Below the pieces are notes generated by a model. That model worked only from the letters and a program-made list of their open reading frames with translations. It did no database searches and was not told the origin of the DNA. Below, one piece after another: positions 1 through 11,600 of a stretch of 64,000 nt of DNA. Position 1 is the first letter of the stretch; the number at the start of each line of letters is the position of its first letter. The stretch spans positions 26,020,299 to 26,084,298 of the forward strand of contig NC_134025.1 of NCBI RefSeq assembly GCF_964204645.1. The letters run 5' to 3'. This stretch comes from Tubulanus polymorphus. Its lineage: Eukaryota > Animalia > Nemertea. The position numbers and the translations under genes were made by a program.

Positions 1-40
1 TCAATCTTGACAACTCCCTGTGGGCAGTAAACAAACAGTG

Positions 41-113
41 ATAAATAGGGATTCGAATCCAATAGCCATGTGATCCGTAGGGCACGTGCTATCCAGGTTG
101 CGATGCGAGCTGC
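41..113 (-). pseudogene. Decayed tRNA-Arg(ACG)-like sequence (tRNA pseudogene or tRNA-derived SINE head)
   Basis: The minus strand reads GCAGCTCGCATCGCAACCTGGATAGCACGTGCCCTACGGATCACATGGCTATTGGATTCGAATCCC. It has a D-loop-like TGGATA, the anticodon loop CTACGGA as in tRNA-Arg(ACG), and a B-box-like (G/A)TTCGAATCC. The acceptor and T stems are broken. Confidence 0.5.
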
Positions 114-114
114 C

Positions 115-340
115 CATCAATTGGTCGCCGATGCATTGTAAACCGCGCGTTGATTGGTCAATAATGACATCATTGTTATTTACGTTCTATTTTTAGTAAT
201 CACATCCGGGTAATTTCAGCGGGCATGCCCAGTACTGTACGTGTATGTATTATACGGTGGTGGATGATTGAATGTAACTAACTCTGAAGTAGAACCACTG
301 CTGTTGTGTTGTTGTTGGAATGTTTTCGGACGGGTGTAAC
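115..340 (+). promoter_or_regulatory. Probable PPM1 promoter / non-coding first exon region
   Basis: Locally CpG-richer stretch with CCAAT boxes (ATTGG at ~120 and ~154), about 1.2 kb upstream of the acceptor tttattcag|G at 1487 that precedes the PPM1 ATG. The TSS is not determinable. Confidence 0.4.
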
Positions 341-1080
341 TGTAGTCGTTATTCTAAGCCGAAATTAGGAGCATGAAGTGAAAGTTTGTCACTTTTTAAG
401 GTCTGACTCGTCACACTCATCAACCACAGACAGTCTCACGTCAACAGTAGGCCCTAAATCATTTTAATAGGACCGGCGCAACATGCATGCAATGACTAGG
501 CCGAATTTTGAAATACCAGTATTTATTTAAACAAACCTACTTAAGGGCACCGGTATTTTGAGGTTAGAACTAAAAGCTGACTTAATCATGTTATAGTTCA
601 AATATTGAGTTCTTATTTTTCATCATGAGCAACCTATCAAATTAGGCCCATTTTTAGTAGTGTTCATAATTATTAGCGTGACGCTTCTGATCAACTGATG
701 TGAGTCTGTCATCTTTTTTCAAAGTGGAACGTAACCCATCAAGCGCCAAGCATCGATCTTACAACTTAGACCTAATATTTAATTTCATCCAGTTGATGGA
801 TGCCATATGGAATATCTGAGTTAGTTTGTTTAGCGGTCAGAGAATCGTTTCAGTCACTTAAACAAACGTAGTTTTTGGAGCAATAGCATAGGCCTACTTA
901 TGCAATTGGTCAAAGCCTTCTTTTAAGGCAGATTCAGATCGATTCTTGAATACTAGATAAGTCATGCAGCTGGAGCTTTTGTAATTATGATTTCCGTTTC
1001 CTGTTAGTGTTAGTACAAGAATTTCTATTCCCGAACAGAAATCTACCTCTAGTTGTTCGTTAATGATATATCTACAATAC

Positions 1081-1230
1081 CAGGGCATGTCCAGGATTTT
1101 CAGCGGGGGGTCTTCCACCTGTGTAAAACTGGCCAAAGACCCAAACCAGAAAAGAAAATTGTGAATGCCGCAAGTCACCTAAAAATCTGGTTGGCTCTGG
1201 TAGGGGAAGTCTCTTGAAACAGGCGCCTGG
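1081..1230. mobile_element. Degenerate short MITE-like relic in PPM1 intron 1
   Basis: Begins CAGGGCATGTCCAGGATTTT and ends ...CAGGCGCCTGG. This resembles CAGGGGCG..CCAGGATTTT-type non-autonomous DNA elements common in invertebrates, but the TIRs are poorly matched. Confidence 0.3.
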
Positions 1231-1512
1231 TGTGGTTACATAAGGGCTATCATTGATTTAGTAACTCGTAAACAACTTATCTGACGTTGGTCTAGAAGAC
1301 CAAATGCGTGCAATTGCCCTAGGCTTAGGGGCAAATTTATAATCCGGGTATGGAAAAAGTATGGAAAATGATATTGGCTAACCCGTGGGAACCCTGAACC
1401 ATGACAGTTGTCCGAGGATATATGCAAAATTTGTCCACTTTCTCGGCACTTATAGACCCTTACTGATAAATGAATTCTTTTATTCAGGATAGCACAGTAC
1501 TAAGTAATAAAA

Positions 1513-3639
1513 ATGGGAGCATTCTTAGACAAGCCTAAGACTGATAAAACTAACCAGCGCGGTGAAGGAAATGGATTACGTTATGGCCTTAGCAGTATGC
1601 AGGGATGGAGAGTTGAGATGGAGGATGCGCATTGTGCTGTTACGCAATTGCCGGCAAGATTAAAAGATTGGTCGTTTTTCGCCGTATTTGATGGGCATGC
1701 AGGTGCTAAGGTTTCGTTTTACTGTGCCGAACAACTGCTGGAGCACATTCTAACTAATGATGATTTTCGTAGTTCTCTACTCGACGCTCAACCCAGTCTG
1801 GAGAAAATCAAAAACGGCATACGCACCGGTTTCTTAGATTTGGATCGAAAAATGCGCGATATACCCGAAATTTCGAGCGGTGAAGATAAGAGTGGTTCAA
1901 CTGCTGTTGGACTATTGATTTCGCCGCAGCAATTATTTTTTGCGAATTGCGGTGATTCGCGCGGCATTTTGATCCGCGACGGGAAAGTGGTTTATTCGAC
2001 TAAAGACCATAAACCGAGCAATCCGGTGGAGAAAGAACGAATTCTTAACGCTGGCGGAAGCGTTATGATCCAACGAGTCAATGGATCGTTAGCCGTGTCG
2101 AGGGCGTTGGGCGACTATGAATACAAAGGCGTCATGGAGAAAGGTCAATGCGAACAAATGGTGTCCCCAGAACCGGAAATAGCAGTGTTAGATCGACAGC
2201 CAACTGATGAAATCTGTGTTTTAGCCTGTGATGGAATCTGGGATGTCCTTTCGAATGAAGAACTCTGTGACTATGTTCGCAATCGAATGCAGCTCACTGA
2301 CAGTTTAGAGGATATATGCAATCAAGTAGTTGATACCTGTCTATATAAGGTAAGCGTCAGTGCCAAAGAAATACTGTGAAAATCAATTTTGGTTGAAAGA
2401 ATTTTTTCTTGAATAATGGTTTGGTTGCAAAATGTGTAAATGCTGGAATTATTGGTTATTTCAGGGAAGTAAAGACAACATGAGCATCGTGCTCATAGCC
2501 TTTGAAGGTGCTCCAAGACTTTGTCCCGAAGCGGTAAAACAGGAAGAAGAATTAAACCAAAGGATAGGAAACAAAGTAAAAGGTAATCATTGCGTGATAG
2601 ATGACCACTTTCATTTGTTCCTTATACCTGTAAGCCTGCATTGATTGATATTGGTTTTGAGATTCTTAAAAATTATGTGCATCGCTCATTTTGTTGTTAT
2701 TATATTGTAGAAATCATGGAAACTTGTGACCCATATCCTCGCAATGTTTCGACGTTGATGCATGAATTGTCCCAAGTTGGTATAGAAGGTTTACCTCCCG
2801 GAGGAGGTTTACATGCGAAGTGAGTACGAGAAAATGTGATAAGTCTAATCTTGTGAAAGGATCTGTGATGTTTATGACATTGATGCAGGGAGAAAACTTG
2901 ATTGAAAACTTTTCTTTTTCAGACACAATACAATTGAGGAATTTTACCATAAATATCGTCCCATTACAGATAAAGACTCTGAATCGGTGAGAACTTCTTG
3001 AAAAGCCCATCTGGCCATCAAACATTTCAATTCACAACTAAAACTAATAATCTTCATTTTGCATACATAAAGGGTGGCCACTGACCTCAAAAACCTGGAA
3101 AACTCAGGGAATCAGAAAATAATCTTGGATAATTCTATTGAAAAATGAATTGTTACATTTAAAAATGTAGAAGTTTATCACTCGGGGGATTTGTAAATGG
3201 GGTGGAAAGTAGCAACCCTGGTTAACATTATTGATGAAAATCATAAGTTCATATCAAGATTATTCATAAATAGTTCTGTGTTTAAAGCCGGCTAGTAAGG
3301 AAGCTCAGGTATTCACATTAAGGTCATCTTTGTTCTTGGCAAATTGTTAGGTGACATCTAGCTTCCTTTCACCCAGACGGTTGATTGAAGGTGTCGGTCA
3401 CTCCTCAGTAGATTTGAATCAATTGCATTGATTGTATGTGATGTGGTAGTTTCTGGCTGTATGTATGTATATTAGTAGGACATGAACTGTGTTTTCTACA
3501 GGACTTTGCACTCGATTCGGCCAACATTTCAGTAGTGTTAACGCGCATATATGATAATGCTTCTTACCTGCGGGTATATTTTATCACATTTGTGTTTTCG
3601 TTTCAGACCGAACAAGAGAAGTTTTGGGATGGTCCTTAA
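1513..3639 (+). CDS. PPM1A/B: Protein phosphatase 2C, PPM1A/PPM1B orthologue (multi-exon, alternative C-termini)
   Basis: N-terminus [10 protein letters not shown] (myristoylation Gly2). PP2C motifs [67 protein letters not shown] and C-domain GLPPGGGL. Phase-consistent GT-AG exons: 1513-2349, 2465-2582, 2711-2819, 2923-2986, then a terminal exon, most likely 3607-3639 ([10 protein letters not shown]). Alternatives are listed in the findings. Confidence 0.95.
3071..3220. mobile_element. hAT-type MITE relic (CAGGGTGGCCAC-like TIRs)
   Basis: Left end AAGGGTGGCCACT, right end AGTAGCAACCCTG (reverse complement CAGGGTTGCTACT). A related end, GTGGCCACCCTG, occurs at ~36164-36175 in an INVS intron. 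Confidence 0.55.
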
Positions 3640-6057
3640 CATTAATAGGTAAAAATCACTATTGTTTAGTAATCACCCTGGAATTCTTTGATGACTGATT
3701 GTTAGAATTAGACATATAAATGTGTTTCTTTGATTTCTTTTTAGATTCAATGATTAAGTGCCAATTGATAAGTTATTCACCTAAATGCGGTTCAAATGTC
3801 ATCAATGATTCCGAACACGCTGACCATCATCATCAAGGAGCTACGTGGAAATCATACGAACAGTTGACTTAAATAACGTTGTAATGACACGATTATGAAA
3901 AGTGCATGATTTTTTGAATTGATTAATCATGAGGATAAGATTGACGACATTATTTCACTATTGAACACAATACACCATCAATGAGGGTTTGCTTTCGTGA
4001 AGAATGAAACACCATTCGATTTCAAGCTCAGTAAGCGAGCTCTGGTTAACGTATACTTCAGGTCTGTCAATTCAGGATCAAAGACGATCAGTCTTCCAGT
4101 GTAACTGATCAGGTGAAGCTTACTGACATCCAACTGAGATGGGATGTAGTATAACAGTTATCTGCATTGTCAATTGCGCCCATGCATTCAGTACCCCTGG
4201 AAAACCATCGCCACGCAACAACTGTGCTGAAATAGTAAATGTATATACCGGGGTACGGTAGGATCCCGTGTAAATTTAGTGTGTGATAGCGAAACAAGCT
4301 CGTTCGTTCATTGCGTGGTGGTGCATGAGATTCGTTTCCATCAAAGTCTTTAGTGAACACTATTAACTGTTCACTATGATATATCTCGTAGTTCCAACGT
4401 GAGGACATTAGTCACTACGAGATATCTCATATAGGCAGATATGGAAGAATCGTCATGGCGTTTTAAAGCATTAGGTTATCAGCAATTCCCCCAGCTTCTT
4501 GTATCATCGACCTAACTCATGGAATCATGACGCGTTTTTGTCAAAAATAAAGGTGCAACTCATCCACTGGCTATGTATAGGTGTTTATACTGTGTAAATA
4601 AGGTATACATTAATCATATATATTATAAATAATTATTATATGTAGTTCTTATATGAAATTTGGTATGATAACGAAGTCATCTTAAAACAAAATTGTTCCT
4701 TGGTAAATTGATGCGTGTCTGAACAGATAACATCCGGTATAGAATTTGTTGAATTAAGGTTGGGTCTGTTTATCCGATCAGGTAAATTTGCCCGGGTGAC
4801 AAAAAATCAAAATATTTGATAATTATTTTTGATGAGAATGTGATACAGGTTTTGATAAAACAGTTGTCTTACCAACAAGATAGTTCCTTTCCTGTTTTGC
4901 CTCTAAACAGTCTTATGTTATTGTGATTTCATATTAATAATTCAACATTTCAGTTGGTAATCAATTATATTCCCTATAGTGTATTGCTGTCTATTCCGTA
5001 ATTGGTCTTTTAAGTTTCGATATTTGATTAAGTCATAAAAAGTTTTACAGACATTTATCGAAATCACAGGATATGAAAACGTGAAGATTTTTTTGGAAAC
5101 TGCTGAGATTTTCTATTTTGCTTCTATCAATCACTCTGTTCAGTCGCTGAGTCACTTAATGTCTTGTCAGAATTCTCGATCTTTGACAATTTTCCTTGGG
5201 ATTGGCAGTATGTAGCTTGTGAATTGGCAGCCCACTACTAGCCAATATAACTGACTTAGCAAGAGTTAGTTCGGGTTTTTCTTCCGCTGCAATATTCTAA
5301 GTTTTAACGCACATTCGTCGAAATAGAAATATGTAGATATAGTTTTCAACGTTTGAAGAATAGTCTGAACAAACTTCAAACCATCCCAAAAACTACTCCC
5401 TGGATGTTCAAATCCAACACTTTAATTGGCATCACTTCTAAGAGTCTTTTCAAGCTTTACTAATTTTGTCCTATGTATAACTGGTCTAAAGGTTTAGCCA
5501 AATTTGTTTTGACGCAAATCTTGATTCTGTAACTGGGTTAATAGTATCAAAATTAGGTAATTATGGTATTGTTGTATGCTCGCCTAATGCAGCCGAAGAT
5601 TGCATAGCAGATGCTCCATAGAAATATTCACACCATTCACTTAAACCGGTAAGCTTATAAACGAAGATGCATCGCTTTATGTGTGCTAAAATTTGAAATG
5701 AACCATCAACCAAAAGTTGTTTGAAACTGTGATATATTGCGCACTCGGAAATCTATAACAGTATTATTCAACGGTGAATAAATGTTTGTTCAGACAAAAG
5801 GAAACCTCATGTCGTGCATTCGTTTCACTATCAAAGAAAAAGAGCAGTACAGAAGCATATTTCAGAGATATTGATCACCCGAACATCAGTTTCCGTAACT
5901 TACCGACACGATATTTTGTATTCATTCAATTTAGTCTTGATATATTTGTTATGCTGTATTCAAGAACCTCCAATGCCCAATTTTCCTGAAGCCATAATGG
6001 ATGTGAATTGTTAAATTATTGAGAAAACATTGTCATAAGTAAATTATTCTGTTTAGT

Positions 6058-6249
6058 GAGACCGGGTCCAGACTTTTCTACTATTGATACTGACTGAATA
6101 TTTGGCATAGCCAGGAAGGGTACATACAGATAAAATTCATCTGATATACTGGTATATGTAATGTAAACCAATAACAATGGTTCCAAGATATATTTGATTT
6201 AAATTTGGGAATGTATTAACCTATGATCTATAGTCTAGGACCCGGTGTC
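6058..6249. mobile_element. MITE-like inverted-repeat element in the presumed PPM1 3' UTR
   Basis: ACCGGGTCCAGACT (6061-6074) and AGTCTAGGACCCGGT (6232-6246) are reverse complements apart from one indel; the interior is AT-rich. Confidence 0.55.
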
Positions 6250-8673
6250 CTGACAGTAGTCAAATAATATGTTATTTTATCTAGCATACTCCTGATATTG
6301 ATAGCTTATCGTGCATTCTTTAATCAAGACTGTGCTTTTAGTTATAAAATATCACCCTTCAGTTTAGTCTCTTGTACGAAGCTATTGCCATTTCAGTGCA
6401 CCTAGTACCTCTTCAGCTGGATTTTCAACAAAAACAAGTGACTTGAGTGAGAACCAAGCTTTTGAGGTCAAACTTACTGAACTATTGTATGATATGTTAG
6501 GCAATGTCAAAGAGCCGTATTTTTCAATAATTACATGTATAATGTTTCTATCAATCAGGGGTTACTTAATAAAAGTATTTGAAACTTTATTTGAATTTCA
6601 TTGCAGTTGTCTTAATGATTTATGGATATCAGATTGATTTCATAGCTGAGAAAATCTGTGTTAAACATCAGTTTGCTGTTCATTTTAAACTAAGCATGAA
6701 GTATATTGAAATCAAGATCTTGAGACGTCAAAAGATGAATACGGGATTAAATCATGAATTGTTGAATAAAAATAGTCTTCAATACCGTAGATCATGGCTG
6801 TAGCATAATTTTCTCAGTCATTCTTTAAATGAACTAGCTCCTGTTAAATATTGTTATGAGCTGCATGTATTTTCAACCTCAGGTTATGTACATGATATTT
6901 TTAAGGGCAGGTCTCTAATCCTCTCTCTTGATCAAAGATTAGTTGGTGTGACATAATTCTAATTCCAGAGTTAGATCTCAATTTGAGGTTTGATATTTTT
7001 CAACTATCGGCAGCAGCAAAATCTTAATCATTTGCCATTGTGTTAAGTTGATTGACATTGATGTATTGTTTTATGCTTCGAGCATAACTGTGAAGCTTCG
7101 AGGAAGGATTAAGGGAGTGCCCTTGAAATAAAGCCTGGATTTACATGATCCAAGCTATGTTGATCTTAAAAAAGAATGTTGATAAAGAATTGCTCTGTAA
7201 ATTCATGTATTTTATATTTGGCTTTATTTTTCAGATACGAGGGGCATTGAAATGATATTAAATCTTGTGTGAGATGGTTCTGTTAAACTAGTTAAGATAA
7301 ATAAAATTGACAGTTTCATTGAAATAGCTTTTAGCTTAGCTTGTTTTACACATATGTCAGGACTTAATGACACCGCCTCTTGAGGAAAGATTTTCTAAGA
7401 ACGTACTCTCCTAGTACAGCCCCCACGACCACATTTCTTTACCAGTACTGCAATGGGCTATCGTTCATCTTTTGAGCATCTTAGTTAAGGACTATAGCTG
7501 AATAAATGCAAAACAAGGGCTTCTTAAGGAGAATGGATGGAATAATGCTCGTAGTCCAGAGTTATCGTTCATGGAAACCCCTAACCAGATAGTGTTTCTG
7601 GATGGGAGATACACCTAATATGGTACATTCGAAATTGGCTACTACTGTGTCTTGTATTTAATCATCATCTTAATCATGATACAAGAGTCCATGTTATGAC
7701 AAAGAAATTTCATACAACATACCTCATTTATTTGATTTAAAATAAAGATTTACAACATGATCTTCCAAAAATCGATATACATAAACTTCTAATAATATAA
7801 TAATAGATATATTGACTATACATATGGGATATACAAGAAATTCGCTTTTAATACCTAAAATATCCTTAAATTTCGATGAACCATGCTTAGAAATAAAGAA
7901 AGTGCAAGTTGGAGACAGCACGACTAGACCATACACCTACCACCAAACACTAGATTTTGATTATGCTAAAACTCCATTGATAAGTACATGAATTACGTTG
8001 TATCACAGTTATAGACATGATGTAGTAGCGCTTACCAACTCTCTCATTCATAGAAAATAACCGGTAAGGCACATTGTGGATGAAGAAAACATAATATATT
8101 GGGGATACTGAAAATAATGGTAATTGGTACGATAAATATACTCTTTATATACAGTGATCAACAACTCAAAATTCATTTCCTATAATTATACAAATACAAA
8201 TATTTAATTATACTAAAAGTAAAATAATACCTGAATCAATAATGCTAGTGGTTGGTCTGATTACATTAGATAAGAAATGTCAATTTTCAATTGAAGAAAG
8301 TATCATATCAAAAATTATATAGAATTTCACAGTACAAATATTTGAATTTTTGTTTTATACACGATATCGAAAATATCCTCTATGAAAAATGCAATTAATT
8401 ACCCATTACATTTGTCAACACATTTATAACTCTATTTACTAGGGAACGTTAATTCCATAAGATTAACAAAAGATTAACATAGCAGTATACATGTATAATG
8501 ATTAACTTCATGTGATAATATAGTTGATGCTGGCAATCACTTTTTGACAAAGTTTCTATTGCAGACATTTTATGAAATGATAAGCCAGTAGCATGCAGCA
8601 CAAAAAACAGATTCTTTTCGAAAAATAAACTAGATCCTGTAGGAAATCAATTCTCGTGTTTGCAGGTGCCATT

Positions 8674-11600
8674 TCATAGATCAGAGGATTCCATTTCAGA
8701 ACCACCTACTTCAAAAGAAGGTTTTTCACTCCCATCAAACATAGGATTGTCTTTAGCATGTGGCGTATCATCAGTGTTCTTTAGTTCACTACTCGAATAA
8801 GCAGTTGCTCGTCCTGATTTCCGGCGATTGTAGAAAATTGCGAGCACACCAAACATAAGAATATCAACACCCATCAAAACAGCAAACACAAAGAACTGGA
8901 CAGACTGGAAAAAATATAATTGGTACCAGTAATAACAACTCTTGTCAATATATGCCACATTGTGTGATGAAACTGTCACCTGAATATACACATTGCAGCA
9001 AAATGTATTCATGGATAACAGCTGTGTATTTATTTGAGTCACTTCAGCAACTTACCATAGCTGTTAAATATTAATATACTGGTATGCTAAATTTCTGATA
9101 AAACATTCTTCAATTATTCAAACATATCTTCAATCAATATGGCTTTTAGAAATAATGGTTGAATCACTACTTACCCTTATATTAACATCAAACTGAACTA
9201 TCATTTGATTTTCATTAGTGATCATAAATTAAATGTATTGTAATCTATTCCGACAACCAGGACCCATGAGAAGATAAATATGATGACTAAATTCGATAAT
9301 TGAAATATTTGAATAAATAACAATTACCGTAATCAGTTAAATTGATTAGAACATGCTCCCAAGAGTATATAGGAGGGTGGGGCTGAGTTGATTTTATCTA
9401 CAATCTTACCGCACTATCAGAAATGGTGACAGTGGATGCAACAATAACAATAAGGTTACCAAAAGCTGTTGTTAACAAGAAGAAAGACTGCACGACCGAT
9501 TTCATAGATACCGGAGCCTGAAAGTTTACAGAACAAAATTGATGAAAATACAGATAAATAAAGTACGAAATACTTACACCATGGCTCATACTTGTCATTT
9601 CAAATAACAATACGATCAAATTGCCGATAGCGATTGTCAATAACCACACAGCCATCAAAACTGATTTCATAGTTTTAGGAGCCTGTCATTGAAAGGAATT
9701 GAGAATCGTCAAAAAATCATTGATAAGTGATAAATATGCGATTAATGGATGTGTCATGAGCAAGAAATGAGTGTCTCCATGGCTCAGCTCTGACTGCATG
9801 CCTCCATAGGAGGTGTTTCAGAAGGGGTAGTTTGTTTGGTTCTGAGCTTCAATCTTACAATCCTTTTAATACAATCTTATTTGGATGAGAAAGGAATTTC
9901 AATCAAATATGGTAAAAGGTGAAAGAAAATGGTACAATAGTTACCTCTGAATATGCAAATGAAAGACCAGTGACCGAAAAGAAGATCTCACCAATTGTAA
10001 TAATGACATATTGAGGTATCTGCAGTAACATTGAGATCTTGTTTGGATTGACATCAGTAAATGTTGCCAAAGAATTCTGTTTGACATACAAATGACACAT
10101 TTTAACATTACAATACCACTGGGAACGACATCAATTTTTGAAAGATGTTTTCTAATTCGCTTACAGTTAGAATAATCACAGTATAAACACCGCCCATTCC
10201 AAGTTCAGGATCTACAGGAATAGTCCTATTGTTTATTATATGAGTACCATTATACACCGGAACTTTAAACTTGTAGCTAGAAATAGTAAGAATGATGTTG
10301 TTGATACATATCAATGATACTATTTAGTGATATAATGACAACTGACTTTCATTGTGTGACATGGATAACTTACATGGGATCAACAGAAATATATTCTGTC
10401 GGTACTGACTTTTTTACTCCATGGAAAACATACTTATCACCATAATACATAGTTCTATTAACAGTATCTGGGATTGAATCATCAATCATATAGACAACTC
10501 TGAAATTAATATTTGATGACATTTAATTTTGTCACCTCATTCTAAACTATTCAACTCATCAAACTTTAAATCTTACCTTACTCTTGCTAATCCTTTGTGT
10601 GGCTTTGTTAATTCATCATGCAACTAAAAAACAATGTACCAATGAAATCTCAATTTTCTTCTAGCTTTTCAACCCCAAGGTATCATACTTAAAAAGACCT
10701 ACTGTTTGAATAACAATGTTTCCAGCAGTAGGTTCTGACACCATCAATGTTGTTTCATTATTTCCTAAATGAACTACTTGATTTTTCTTTGATATATCAA
10801 CACCATTTGGGCAGTGAAGAGTAATGTTCAATGACACATCACCAGATGTGGTCAGTATAGATGGAGTATCCTGAAAATATTGAATAGAATAGAATTTTTA
10901 GTCTAGATTCTACAGATGTAGAAAAACATTACATGTTACCAGTAGGCCTACTTACAGTTAGAGGCGGTACAGGGTTTTCAGATATGTAGAATGGGCTTCT
11001 AATATCCATAGTGCAGTTTTGTACAACATTTGAAAACTTAACACGACTTTCACCCATTTGAAGCTGTGGTACTATTGTTTTCTAGAAATATACATTGATG
11101 AAATGTTCATGCAAAAACATACTAAACTTGGACGGCAGAAGATTCGCAAAAAATTGTTCCGAAAAACACAACTTACATCAATACTAATTTGGACAAATCC
11201 TGCCATTACAAACGCTAAAGCTGCCAGTGCCATGCCAAGTACCATTTTCAGTAACGGTCTATAATAGAGGTAGATTTATATCACCAACAAATTCAATCTT
11301 GATTTTAAATTGCTGTTCATATTTATTACTGAAGACAAATCTAAATGAATTCTATACATACCTATTCATTTTACACTTAGTCATAAGAGGATAAAGACAA
11401 CTTTCAAATATCGGAATGAATATGATGATGAGTATAGTGTTGATTGCCTAAAAATCAAACAAAATCATAATATTTGGTAAATGAAATCAAGAACTTCTCT
11501 ATTTGATTGAAATTTCTATATGTACTACTATTGGTTTTCATTTCTGGATACAGCAATAAACATAGTTATGCAAATGCCCCACCTGTATTTGATCTGGTTT

